Source: an uncultured Acidimicrobiia bacterium
Lineage (GTDB): Bacteria > Acidobacteriota > Terriglobia > Versatilivoradales > Versatilivoraceae
Assembly: GCA_963791795.1 (NCBI GenBank)
Contig: CAWBTP010000002.1
Location: forward strand, 19,407-83,406
Reading direction: 5' to 3'
DNA: 64,000 nucleotides
Numbering within the stretch: position 1 is the first letter of the stretch; every line of letters begins with the position of its first letter. The notes below the pieces were generated by a model. The model had not been told where the DNA came from. It ran no database searches and saw only the letters and a program-made list of their open reading frames with translations. A program made the position numbers and the translations under genes. This document shows positions 31,638-41,301 of the stretch, piece by piece.

Positions 31638-33395
31638 ATGATGGATAATCTCAGCTTGGAAGCGCTGGTCAACGAACTCCGAGGACGCCTTCTCAACTCC
31701 GGCATTCATCGGATCAGACTGATCTCAGGCAGGACGCTCGTCCTGGCGTTGCGCTCACACGTGACGGAGTATCTGATCCTTTCCTTCAAGCCTGGTTTCC
31801 CGGGCCTATGCGTTGCGCCGCACGAGATCCCCGCAGAAACTTTATCTTCTGATGTGCAGGTGGCTCTAAGGAAGTATCTCGTCGGGGGCAAGATTACTGC
31901 TCTGCGCAAGTCCCTCGCTGATCGGGTTGTTTTTTTGGAGATCGAAAACTGCCGGCTTTCAGATCGCGCTGAGCGGTTTACCCTCGCGATGGAACTAATT
32001 CCCAACCGGCCTAGGGCTTGCCTGTTGGATTCTGAGCAAGCGGTCCTGGTGTGGCTTTCCTCTATCCCCGGGCCTTTCGGCACCTATTCATCGCACCCTG
32101 CGCCCGCTTGCCGCGTGGATTCAATTGAGGAACTCGAATTCCGCAGCTTGTTCGAGAAAGCCGAGGATGCCCAGCGATTGTCTCCCATCTTCGGACTCAG
32201 TGCGTGGTTCGCTCGCGAGGTACTTTTCCAAAGCCAGCAAGACCCGGACAAGGCTTGGCAGGCCCTGCAAGCGCTCCTGCGACGGGTGGCGAGTGGTCCG
32301 TACTCGCCGCGAATCTATAAAGTTGAACAAATGCCGGCAGGGCCCATTGATGATCCTTCGCGAGAATCGCGGACAAAACTTGTGATTGCTCCGTTTGCAC
32401 TGGAATCTCTAAACTCAGCGCAGTACGAAAGTTTCTCTTCTATGAATGCACTGAGTTTGGAGGTTTTCCATCGATCGTTTGGAAGGGAACCGGGTCTGAA
32501 GGATCTGCAATCCGTCCGCAACAAGATGGCGACCGAGATCAAGAAGAAGGATCGCTTGAAAGAAAAGCTCGAGGCGCAGCTAAAGAAGGCTGGGGAGGCT
32601 GAATCGCTGAAGACCTACGCCGACCTGCTTTACGCCCAGCACGACAAGTCGGCCAAGGGCTCGACGCTTCGAGTGCCCAACCTGTTTGATCCCGAGCTTG
32701 GCGAGGTGGACATTCCTCTGGCCCCCGAACTCTCAATTGTCGAGAATGCCAATCGCTACCACCGGCTGCACCGGAAGGCCGTGCGTTCAATTCCACAGAT
32801 CAATGAGCGGCTCCGTACGCTGGAGTCGGAAATTAGCGCATTGCTGCGAGAACAGGAGAGACTCTTGAAAGCGCATTCTGGAACAACTTCGGCCGCCGGC
32901 CACACCGACGACGTCCGCCATCGAGGAGATACAGGCAAGCCACCAAAACCCGCTGTTTTGGGAGATCAATCCGAACTCCGCTCTGGCGCAGAAACTCTGC
33001 TGCGACGAACCGCCAAGGTATTCCGATCTTCGGAGGGAATGCAGATTCTGGTCGGGAAGAGCAGCAAGGACAATGACACTCTGACGTTGAAGATCGCCCG
33101 AAGCGAAGATTTTTGGCTGCACGTGGCAGGGTACGGTGGATCGCATGTTGTTTTGCGAAATCCGGAGAAGTTGTCGGCTGCCCCGAAACAATCTCTGCTG
33201 GAAGCAGCTCAACTGGCTGCCTACTTCAGCCAGGCTCGAAATGCCCCAAAGGTGGAAGTACACTACACCCAGAAGAAGTTCGTTTCCAAGCCCAAGGGAG
33301 CCAAGGCAGGGCTCGTTCGCTTGAAGGAGTACAAATCGATTTCTGCCAGGCCACAGTTGCTCAAAGAAAGGTCCCCTCAGGAAACCTCGCCATGA
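31638..33395 (+). CDS. rqcH: NFACT / RqcH ribosome quality-control factor
   Basis: NFACT-N (ADRVVFL, MEL), coiled coil (ENANRY..L.RK), NFACT-R (VGKSSKDNDTLT, WLH...GSHV, AAYFS). Confidence 0.85.
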   Translation: MMDNLSLEALVNELRGRLLNSGIHRIRLISGRTLVLALRSHVTEYLILSFKPGFPGLCVAPHEIPAETLSSDVQVALRKYLVGGKITALRKSLADRVVFLEIENCRLSDRAERFTLAMELIPNRPRACLLDSEQAVLVWLSSIPGPFGTYSSHPAPACRVDSIEELEFRSLFEKAEDAQRLSPIFGLSAWFAREVLFQSQQDPDKAWQALQALLRRVASGPYSPRIYKVEQMPAGPIDDPSRESRTKLVIAPFALESLNSAQYESFSSMNALSLEVFHRSFGREPGLKDLQSVRNKMATEIKKKDRLKEKLEAQLKKAGEAESLKTYADLLYAQHDKSAKGSTLRVPNLFDPELGEVDIPLAPELSIVENANRYHRLHRKAVRSIPQINERLRTLESEISALLREQERLLKAHSGTTSAAGHTDDVRHRGDTGKPPKPAVLGDQSELRSGAETLLRRTAKVFRSSEGMQILVGKSSKDNDTLTLKIARSEDFWLHVAGYGGSHVVLRNPEKLSAAPKQSLLEAAQLAAYFSQARNAPKVEVHYTQKKFVSKPKGAKAGLVRLKEYKSISARPQLLKERSPQETSP

Positions 33396-33507
33396 CTTTT
33401 GTCCAGCAAGTGGGCTGGTACGAAGATCTAACCTAAAGCCGTACCCGAAGCGACTTTCCCAAGGCTGCGCGCCACATGACAGACGGCGTGTTGGCATCCT
33501 TTCAAAT

Positions 33508-33535
33508 TTGCATTGTCCAGCAATCACGGTATAAT
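33508..33535 (+). promoter_or_regulatory. Putative sigma70 promoter
   Basis: TTGCAT-16 nt-TATAAT upstream of the nucleotide-sugar dehydrogenase. Confidence 0.55.
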
Positions 33536-33611
33536 CGCCGCTCGTTTTTGCAATCCCAAGAGACGGTTTACGCCGGGCATAATCTAGACAGGTAATCGCC
33601 TGAACACTCCT

Positions 33612-34907
33612 ATGAACGAACTACTGAAAAAGATTGCGGAAAAGCGAGTTCAGCTCGGTGTCATTGGAATGGGCTATGTTGGATTGCCGCTGGCCGTGGA
33701 AATCGCGAATGCTGGCATTCAAGTGGTCGGGATTGATCTGGACCGCTCAAAAGTCGAAAGGATCAACGCAGGAACTTCCTATATTCCTGATGTTCCTTCT
33801 GAAGCGGTTGAGAAGCACGTGAAGGCGAAACGTCTCCGTGCAGTGGCGGATTTTAAAGTCATTCGTGAGCTGGATGCAGTCATCATTTGCGTGCCGACTC
33901 CATTGGGCAAAACGAAGGACCCTGATTTGTCCATGGTTGTTTCAGCTGTCGATCGCATTGCCGAGAACCAGCGGCCTGGCCAGTTGGTGGTGCTTGAAAG
34001 CACCACATATCCAGGCACGACTGAAGAATTGATTCTGCCAAAATTGGAAGAACGAGGCCTAAAAGTCGGGAAGGACTTTTTCCTGGCCTTCTCACCAGAA
34101 CGCGTCGATCCTGGGAATCCAACCTTCCACACTTTCAACACTCCCAAGGTCATCGGAGGCGTGACTCCGCAATGTCTTGACGTTGCTTCGAAGCTGTACA
34201 GCCACTTCATTCAGCGGATCGTGCCCGTCTCCTCCTCCCAGGCAGCCGAGATGGTGAAGCTGCTAGAAAACACGTTCCGAAGCGTGAACATCGGTCTGGT
34301 AAACGAAATGGCCTTGATGTGCGATCGGTTGAAGGTGGACGTTTGGGAAGTGATTGAAGCTGCGGCAACCAAGCCGTTCGGCTTCATGCCGTTCCAGCCA
34401 GGGCCAGGTCTAGGCGGGCATTGCATTCCCATTGATCCGCTCTATCTGTCGTGGAAGCTGAAAACACTCAACTACCGCGCCCGCTTTATCGAACTGGCTA
34501 GCGAAATCAATGCGGATATGCCCCACTACGTGGTGAACAAAGTAAACGACGCGCTCAATGACTTCAGTAAGTCGGTGAAGAACTCCAAGGTCTTGATCCT
34601 AGGCGTCAGCTACAAGAAAGACATCGACGACCTCAGAGAGTCTCCAGCTCTCGACGTCATTCAGTTGCTGCAACAGCGCGGTGCCAAAGTGATGTATCAC
34701 GACCCCTACGTGACGGAACTTGGGTTCGAGCACACCCTGCTCAAGTCCATGCCGCTCGAACAAGGTTTGACGGAAGCAGACTGCGTGGTTATCGTCACCA
34801 ACCACAGCAACATCGACTATCCGAAAGTGGAGCGAATGGCCAAAGTCATTTTGGACACCCGGAATGCGATGCGCGGCATCAAGAGTTCCAAGGTCATCAA
34901 GCTTTAA
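33612..34907 (+). CDS. UDP-N-acetyl-D-hexosamine 6-dehydrogenase (WbpA/TviB-like)
   Basis: GMGYVGLP, CVPTP, ESTTYPG, SPER, KLLEN, GGHCIP. Confidence 0.9.
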   Translation: MNELLKKIAEKRVQLGVIGMGYVGLPLAVEIANAGIQVVGIDLDRSKVERINAGTSYIPDVPSEAVEKHVKAKRLRAVADFKVIRELDAVIICVPTPLGKTKDPDLSMVVSAVDRIAENQRPGQLVVLESTTYPGTTEELILPKLEERGLKVGKDFFLAFSPERVDPGNPTFHTFNTPKVIGGVTPQCLDVASKLYSHFIQRIVPVSSSQAAEMVKLLENTFRSVNIGLVNEMALMCDRLKVDVWEVIEAAATKPFGFMPFQPGPGLGGHCIPIDPLYLSWKLKTLNYRARFIELASEINADMPHYVVNKVNDALNDFSKSVKNSKVLILGVSYKKDIDDLRESPALDVIQLLQQRGAKVMYHDPYVTELGFEHTLLKSMPLEQGLTEADCVVIVTNHSNIDYPKVERMAKVILDTRNAMRGIKSSKVIKL

Positions 34908-35530
34908 TGAATCTGCCGAATTTCCTGACACTGTCGCGGATTTTCGCGGTGCCGTTGCTCGTGGTTGTGTTGTTAACACGGGTCTACAACCCCGCTCGTG
35001 AAGTGGTCGGCGTTTCCATCTATCTAGCGACCGTGATCTTTCTAGGAGCTTCGATCACTGATTATTTCGATGGCTACCTGGCACGAAAGCGCCAGCAAGT
35101 GACCACGCTCGGCATCTTGCTCGATCCTGTTGCCGACAAATTGCTGACTTCCTCTGTGTTCATCTCGCTGGTGGAACTCAAGTGGGTTCCGGCTTGGATG
35201 GTTGTCATCATTGTTGGCCGCGAATTTGCTGTTTCCGGATTGCGCAGTATCGCTTCTTCGCAAGGCTTCACCATTGATGCTTCCGATCTGGGAAAGGTCA
35301 AGATGGTGATGCAGGTGGTGGCGATCACACTCGTCATCCTGAGAAATGTTTTCCCCTGGCTCACCGTGTTCAGCCGGGTAGCGCTAGGGTTGGTTGTGAT
35401 TTTTGCCCTAGCCTCCGCAGTTCAGTATTTTCGTAGATTTTGGAAGAAGGTAGATGACCGCGTCAAAGCCCGTCAGCGAAGAAAGCTCCTCGTCCTGAAG
35501 AAGAGGCAGCGCGATGTCCCCACTCAGTGA
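34907..35530 (+). CDS. pgsA: CDP-diacylglycerol--glycerol-3-phosphate 3-phosphatidyltransferase
   Basis: NLPNFLT.SR, DYFDGYLAR...G..LDPVADK. Confidence 0.9.
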   Translation: MNLPNFLTLSRIFAVPLLVVVLLTRVYNPAREVVGVSIYLATVIFLGASITDYFDGYLARKRQQVTTLGILLDPVADKLLTSSVFISLVELKWVPAWMVVIIVGREFAVSGLRSIASSQGFTIDASDLGKVKMVMQVVAITLVILRNVFPWLTVFSRVALGLVVIFALASAVQYFRRFWKKVDDRVKARQRRKLLVLKKRQRDVPTQ

Positions 35531-36059
35531 GTCTGCTCAGTCGGAACTACTCACTCTCAGCCGCAACAGCCTTCAAGAATTCCTAAAGCAAGGAAGAAAG
35601 CAGATTAAAGAATCAACCTCGCCGGAACTGCTGGAACGTCGAGGTGTGTTCGTTACGCTCCACAAACATGGAGAATTGCGGGGTTGCATCGGCGTTCCCG
35701 AGCCGGTTTCTCCGCTGTTCCAGGCGGCGCAAGAGTGCGCCCTGTCGGCAGCAGGATCAGATCCCAGATTTTCTCCGGTCACCGAGGTCGAACTGCCCGA
35801 CGTAAAGCTTGAGATTTCGGTGCTTTCACCCCTTGAAGCCACGGAAAACATCGACTCGATTGTCATTGGAGTGCACGGGCTGCTGTTGAATCATCAAGGC
35901 CGGCGCGGTCTGCTCCTACCTCAGGTTCCAGTAGAACACGGTTGGGATCGTGAGATGTTTCTCGAGCAACTCTGTCGGAAGGCGCATCTACCAGCGACAG
36001 CTTGGAAGGAAGGCGCGAAGATTCAGCGTTTCAGCGCCTTCGTTTTCGGTGAGAAATAG
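35514..36059 (+). CDS. AMMECR1-domain protein (AmmeMemoRadiSam protein A-like)
   Basis: GVFVTL...LRGCIG, DPRF, EISVLS, LLLPQV. Confidence 0.88.
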   Translation: MSPLSESAQSELLTLSRNSLQEFLKQGRKQIKESTSPELLERRGVFVTLHKHGELRGCIGVPEPVSPLFQAAQECALSAAGSDPRFSPVTEVELPDVKLEISVLSPLEATENIDSIVIGVHGLLLNHQGRRGLLLPQVPVEHGWDREMFLEQLCRKAHLPATAWKEGAKIQRFSAFVFGEK

Positions 36060-36102
36060 GCGGGATTCCCGAGGTTCAAGCAAGAGCTTGAGGTATAAAA
36101 CG

Positions 36103-37336
36103 CTACTCTTTCTCCATGCCGTCACCAACTGCAATGGACTCGGTACTGTGGGTAATCATCATGGTTGACACGTTCGGTTCAACGCGGAGCACGACAGCCT
36201 GGCCAATTACCTTCCGAACGCTGTCGAAAGTTTCCTTGTTCTTTGTGTAGTCCCCTCGATTGAAGAGGCTGATGGTATCCTTATTAAAGCGTCGGATGAC
36301 TCGGAAATAGTCTCCCACTTGGACGTTTTGTTTGCCGCCCGCATCCAGATAGACGATGTGGCCGGTACCGAGGAGCCTTCGGAATTCCTTGGTCATGAAA
36401 ATCCGGCCCGAGGTGTTGTTATTCGGGGCCGCAAACTTGTCAAAAGTGATTTCCGGGCGCTGCAAAGGAGAAACCCTCTGTTCTCCCGCGGTCACCAAAT
36501 CGCCAACCAGAATCTCTTCACAGGCGAAAATGATCTCGGCGGTAGCGGCTTTGTCCTGGGAGAGCAGGACGCGAACCCTGCCGACATCTTGATAGTAGTG
36601 GCCATACTTCTGGGCTGACTTCGCAGGACCAAACTCGGTTCCCCACTTCGCAAAATCCCTGATGAGCCGGACCACTTGAAGCTCGTCGCCTGCTTTGATT
36701 CCCGCAGACGTGCCTTGATTGAGGTAAATGACGTCGCGATCGCTGAATAGCGCCTTCGATTCTGACTCTTCGCCACCCACCAAGATAGCTTTCTGCTGAA
36801 CTGGCTCGGCACTAAAGAAACCCGCGCAGTACAAGTCACTGTAGGTTGCCGCGGGCGGTGGGGCCTACGGGTGCCGTCGGTGTCGGAGGAAGTTGTTGGA
36901 CGGTCTGCGGCGGGGCAGGTGGTGCAGGCGGAGTCGAAACCGGTGGTTCAGGCTGTTTTGCCGGCTCAGGGGTCTTCTCGGCTGGTGCCGTATTCATCAC
37001 AATCAGCTTCTTGATCAGAATCTGGTCGCCAGGATATATCCAGTGTGGGTTCCTGACATGATTGTTCATCTCCCAAATCTGGGGCCACAAGAAGGGATCG
37101 TTTAGGTACTGTTTGCCCAGTTCCCAGAGAGTATCTCCCTGTTTCACAGTATGAACTTCATACCCTTCGGCTCCTGGAGCAGCCGGATTGACAGACCAGT
37201 GATTGGCCGGTTGCTGCTGGGATAATGGTCGAGGGGGAGTTCCTTGAGCAGGCGGCTTTCGAGTTTCTGCCTGTCCCGCTCCCAAGAACAATAATCCAAT
37301 TAAAGTCCAACGAAGTGTTTGAGTCACTTTCATCAC
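36103..37336 (-). CDS. LysM-domain exported protein, split by a +1 frameshift at ~36855-36866
   Basis: LysM HTVKQGDTLW...WPQIW..N....NPHWIYPG; the downstream frame continues ..ATYSDLYCAGF as one protein. Confidence 0.8.
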
Positions 37337-37571
37337 GCACGTCTCCTGAACAATGCCAAGGAATACTCAGGCTGGTTTCATTGCCCGCTTACGGCGCTCG
37401 AATCGATCTGAGAGTCTACGCAACTGACGCTAACAAAAGGACTTTTTGGCTGTCAAGCGATTAGCCCGATGCTGGGGGCTCTCTAGGTTCCCAACGGTCC
37501 TTGTGTTAGACTTGCGTTCTTGCCGCACCCCGTTTATCGGAATCCTTGCGATGGCACTTTAACTTTACTCC

Positions 37572-39089
37572 TTGAAATTCAACTGCATAAGTGAGCGCAG
37601 TTCGGCAGCCGGTAACCCAAGCAGGGTCTGTGTTGTTGTACGCGAGGCAAATCCCGCTTCCATGGAGGCTTCGATTGTCAAAGCTCGAGACTCCAAGGGG
37701 ATCATGGAGTTTCGCCTTGACTACCTGAGACCTGAACATCTTCACGCATCAAACGTTGCGAAGTGGGTGGAGCTCGCGCAAGGTCCGGTTGTGCTCACCT
37801 TGCGTCGAAGAGCCAATGGCGGAGAATTTGATGGTGGCGAAGCGGACCAAGTCCGAGTCCTCGAATCGCTTAGGGGAGCTTTCGTCGATCTGGAGATCGA
37901 AACGATTGAAGGGTTTCTGGGAGGAAGTCTCGCTCCTCTAAAGCCGGCTCCATTCTCCTGGATTGCTTCGTACCACAACTTCCACGAAACGCCGCCAGAT
38001 CTATCGGTCATCTATCGTCGCCTGAGGAACTGTGGAGCCAACATAGTCAAGATTGCAACTCAAGCTCGCAACTTCTCGGACAACATTCGCCTTTTTGAAC
38101 AGGTCGAGGAAGCCCGCCGAGACGGAATCCCAATCATCATTGCCGCAATGGGTGAGTTGGGAACATTCTCACGTCTTACGGCGACTGGCAGGGGTTCGCT
38201 GTGGACGTACGCTTCGCTCCAAAAAGGCCGCGAGAGTGCGCCGGGCCAGTTCACCGCCTCGGAGCTGACGAATCTTTACTCAGTCGATGAGATAGACGAA
38301 GCGACACAATTCTACGGAGTGATTGGCTGGCCCGTAGGTCACTCGCTGTCCCCGCACATCCATAATCCGGCGCTGCGACAATTGGGCATGAATGCCCGGT
38401 ATTTGCCTTTTCCAATTCAGGACCTGAAGGATTTTGGGCCTCACCTGCGACGTTTCGCAGGCTTCAGCGTTACCATCCCGCACAAGGTGCAGATCCTGGA
38501 TTTCGTCGATGTTGTTGACGAGACCGTCAAGGAAACGGGCGCCGCAAACACCCTCGTCCATCGAGCAGGAAAACTGTTTGCCTACAACACCGACGTCTAC
38601 GGAACGCAACAGGCGCTCAAGAAGCCCTTCGACGATGGGGTTGACACAGTAACGATGGTGGGAACGGGGGGTGCCGCTCGGGCCGCGGCGATCGCACTCA
38701 AAAAAATGAACTGCAAGGTAACGGTTCTCGCCAGAGACGTTGAGAAAGCTCAGCGATTTGCGGCAGAGTTTGGATTTGCAGGCAACGCACTGAGCAACGC
38801 GGAACAATGCAAAGGCGATCTCCTGATCAACGCGACATCCGTCGGCATGTCTCCTGGTATCGACCAGTCGCCGATACCTGCTGAGGCGCTGGATTATCGC
38901 TACGTATTCGACATGGTCTACAATCCGCTGGAAACGCGCCTCCTGCGGGAAGCCCGGCGAGGGAGCACTGTCATCAGCGGAGTTGAGATGTTTGTCGCTC
39001 AGGCGGCACGGCAATTCGAGTTGTGGACGGAGCGCAAGGCACCAACACAGTTGATGCGTGAGATCGTCTTGCGGCAGTTGGCAAGCTAG
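37572..39089 (+). CDS. aroE: Bifunctional type I 3-dehydroquinate dehydratase / shikimate dehydrogenase (AroD-AroE fusion)
   Basis: EFRLD, SYHNF, VKIA, AMG, APGQ (AroD) fused to HSLSP, SVTIPHK, NTD, GTGGAA, NATSVG, DMVYNP (AroE); start uncertain. Confidence 0.9.
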   Translation: MKFNCISERSSAAGNPSRVCVVVREANPASMEASIVKARDSKGIMEFRLDYLRPEHLHASNVAKWVELAQGPVVLTLRRRANGGEFDGGEADQVRVLESLRGAFVDLEIETIEGFLGGSLAPLKPAPFSWIASYHNFHETPPDLSVIYRRLRNCGANIVKIATQARNFSDNIRLFEQVEEARRDGIPIIIAAMGELGTFSRLTATGRGSLWTYASLQKGRESAPGQFTASELTNLYSVDEIDEATQFYGVIGWPVGHSLSPHIHNPALRQLGMNARYLPFPIQDLKDFGPHLRRFAGFSVTIPHKVQILDFVDVVDETVKETGAANTLVHRAGKLFAYNTDVYGTQQALKKPFDDGVDTVTMVGTGGAARAAAIALKKMNCKVTVLARDVEKAQRFAAEFGFAGNALSNAEQCKGDLLINATSVGMSPGIDQSPIPAEALDYRYVFDMVYNPLETRLLREARRGSTVISGVEMFVAQAARQFELWTERKAPTQLMREIVLRQLAS

Positions 39090-39138
39090 TGCGCAAGCAA
39101 ACCATGAAAAGCGAACGCCTGCGGCAGTATCTAGACCA

Positions 39139-40107
39139 ATGACTCTTCGGAGATCCATTCAAGTTCCAGCAAGCACTACAAACTTGGGTGCCGGTTTTGA
39201 CGTCCTCGGTCTGGCCTTGCAGCTGTACCTGCGCGTCAACCTTGAAGAAATCTCGCGTCCGCAACCGGAGTTTGAGTTACTGGGAGAAGGTGCCGCTGAC
39301 TTGCCCGCTAGCGAGGAGAACCTACTGTGGAAGGTGACGCGCCATGTCTTTGAGGGAGAAAAGCAATCCGTGCCTGGAGTGCGCCTCAAGATTGAGAACC
39401 AAATTCCGCTTGCCCGAGGCCTGGGAAGCAGTGCTGCAGCGATTGTGGCGGGTATTAGTTGCTTCGAGGCTCTCACCGGGCGCGAACTCTCGCCAGACAA
39501 GTTCTTCCAGTATGCTTTTGAATTCGAAAACCACCCCGACAACATCACAGCTGCTCGATTTGGTGGTTTCACCGTCAGTGCTGTGACCGAAAGTGGGAAG
39601 GTGTCGTTCTTCCGGGCCCCCCTTGCGCCAAAGCTCAAGATCCTGCTCACCGTACCGGAGTTCCATTTGGAAACACAGAAAGCGCGTGCGGCGATTCCAC
39701 AGACCCTCGACCTGCGAGACGCGGTGTTCAACCTTCAACGAAGCTCGCTTACGGTAGCGGCGCTTCTTAGGAGCGAGTTTCATTTTCTCCGCGAAACGCT
39801 CCGCGATAAGCTTCATCAGCCGTTCCGGGCACCGCTGATTCCTGGCTTTGAGGAGATTCTGAGTTTGAATCGGGAAGAGATTTCGGGCCTGGCAGGTATT
39901 TGCCTCAGCGGCGCCGGTCCGAGCGTCCTGACTTTTGCCGAGGGGAATTTGGACGAGATTTATTCCCGAATCGCTGCGATCTTCGAGCGCCACGGTCTTC
40001 GATCCAGACGCTTCGAATTGGAAGTTGACAATCAAGGTAGGAACGATTTCCTAAGAGAAGGCAACCGCGAAGACGCGAAGAACGCGAAGAGAGACCGGTT
40101 AGGGTGA
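39139..40107 (+). CDS. thrB: Homoserine kinase; true stop may be ~40054
   Basis: VPASTTNLGAGFD, PLARGLGSSAA, HPDN, LSGAGPS. Confidence 0.93.
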   Translation: MTLRRSIQVPASTTNLGAGFDVLGLALQLYLRVNLEEISRPQPEFELLGEGAADLPASEENLLWKVTRHVFEGEKQSVPGVRLKIENQIPLARGLGSSAAAIVAGISCFEALTGRELSPDKFFQYAFEFENHPDNITAARFGGFTVSAVTESGKVSFFRAPLAPKLKILLTVPEFHLETQKARAAIPQTLDLRDAVFNLQRSSLTVAALLRSEFHFLRETLRDKLHQPFRAPLIPGFEEILSLNREEISGLAGICLSGAGPSVLTFAEGNLDEIYSRIAAIFERHGLRSRRFELEVDNQGRNDFLREGNREDAKNAKRDRLG

Positions 40108-40301
40108 TGCTCGATGATTCAGGACGTGCTTCCCTGAATTCTAGTGTTTTTGTTCTGGATTGTTTCAGCTCTCATACACCATTCTTCTTTCTGAAAGGAG
40201 ACTTGCCTCACCGTTAGTAGAAGCTAACAAAACGGCTGCGCGAGACAGACCTTGAAGAGCACTGAATCAGTTTTCTTCGCGTTCTTCGCGCCTTCGCGGT
40301 T
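40063..40301. repeat. Inverted-repeat element with arms of three CGCGAAG units
   Basis: aaccgcgaagacgcgaagaacgcgaaga (40063-40090) vs tcttcgcgttcttcgcgccttcgcggtt (40274-40301), 27/28 complementary. Confidence 0.85.
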
Positions 40302-40316
40302 AGTCTTTCTGTCGCT

Positions 40317-41291
40317 ATGAAAACACTCACTCAGATTCCCCTCGGCACCCAGCTCCTGTTCGGCAAAGCTGCCAAGAAACGTCGTCGGATTGAACGGGCG
40401 ATCTTTTCGGTCTTTGAACGCTGGAACTACGACGAGATCATTCCGCCCATCTTCGATTACTACGATGTTTTTGCGAGAGGCATGGGAGCTGCGTTTGAAG
40501 ACACGCTTTATCGTTTCATCGATCGCGAAGGCAACATTCTCGCGCTGCGGCCGGAGTTTACCTCGTTGGTTGCCAAGTCGGTAGCCACGCGACTTGCCGA
40601 TCATCCGAAGCCGTTGCGCCTGTGCTACTGCGGCGAAGTGCTCCGATACGAAGCGCCGCGTGGCGGAAGGCAGCGCGAGTTTTTCCAAATCGGAGTTGAA
40701 CACATCGGCGGAGAGCACATCCAGTCGGATGCTGAGATCATTCTGGTCGCAATCGAGTCCCTCAAAAAGCTGGGCATTCGCAGGTTTCAAATCAATCTCG
40801 GAGAAATCGGCTATTTTTCCGGCATTGTCGAGCGGATGAACTTTTCCCGTGACGATCTGGCGACGATCAAGACCCTGGTGGATCTGAAGGACACCGTCGG
40901 CCTGCGCTCGGAACTCGAACGCCTCGCGCTCTCCGAAAAGCGGCGGAACATCCTCCTCACCCTCGTTCATCTCACTGGCAATTCAGACACGCTGCAAACA
41001 GCCCGCCAGTTGGTCACAAACGAGAAGTCGCTAAAGGCACTGGATCACCTGGAGGCCTTGCTTGCAGAACTGAAGAAGCACAAGGTGGAGGATCACATCA
41101 CGATTGACTTGAGTGAAGTACGCGGGCAGGACTACTACACGGGAACCATTTTCAAGGTCTATGTCCCCGGCCTCGGTTTCGAAATCGGTGGCGGGGGCCG
41201 CTACGACAACCTGTTCAAGAACTTCGGATGTGACTTTCCATCGGTCGGCTTTTCCTTCAGCCTGGAACGCCTGATGGCAATGGGGGAATGA
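40317..41291 (+). CDS. hisZ: ATP phosphoribosyltransferase regulatory subunit
   Basis: HisRS-like LALRPEFT, REFFQIGVE, YYTG, GGGRYD, no anticodon domain; upstream of short hisG. Confidence 0.92.
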   Translation: MKTLTQIPLGTQLLFGKAAKKRRRIERAIFSVFERWNYDEIIPPIFDYYDVFARGMGAAFEDTLYRFIDREGNILALRPEFTSLVAKSVATRLADHPKPLRLCYCGEVLRYEAPRGGRQREFFQIGVEHIGGEHIQSDAEIILVAIESLKKLGIRRFQINLGEIGYFSGIVERMNFSRDDLATIKTLVDLKDTVGLRSELERLALSEKRRNILLTLVHLTGNSDTLQTARQLVTNEKSLKALDHLEALLAELKKHKVEDHITIDLSEVRGQDYYTGTIFKVYVPGLGFEIGGGGRYDNLFKNFGCDFPSVGFSFSLERLMAMGE

Positions 41292-41301
41292 GAGCTATTC
41301 A

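Noticed and set aside
40040-40107. ThrB C-terminus apparently fused to the repeat arm (NREDAKNAK)
   Set aside because: Deleting one G at ~40040 gives QGRTIS* before the repeat, matching the window-wide +1 error pattern.
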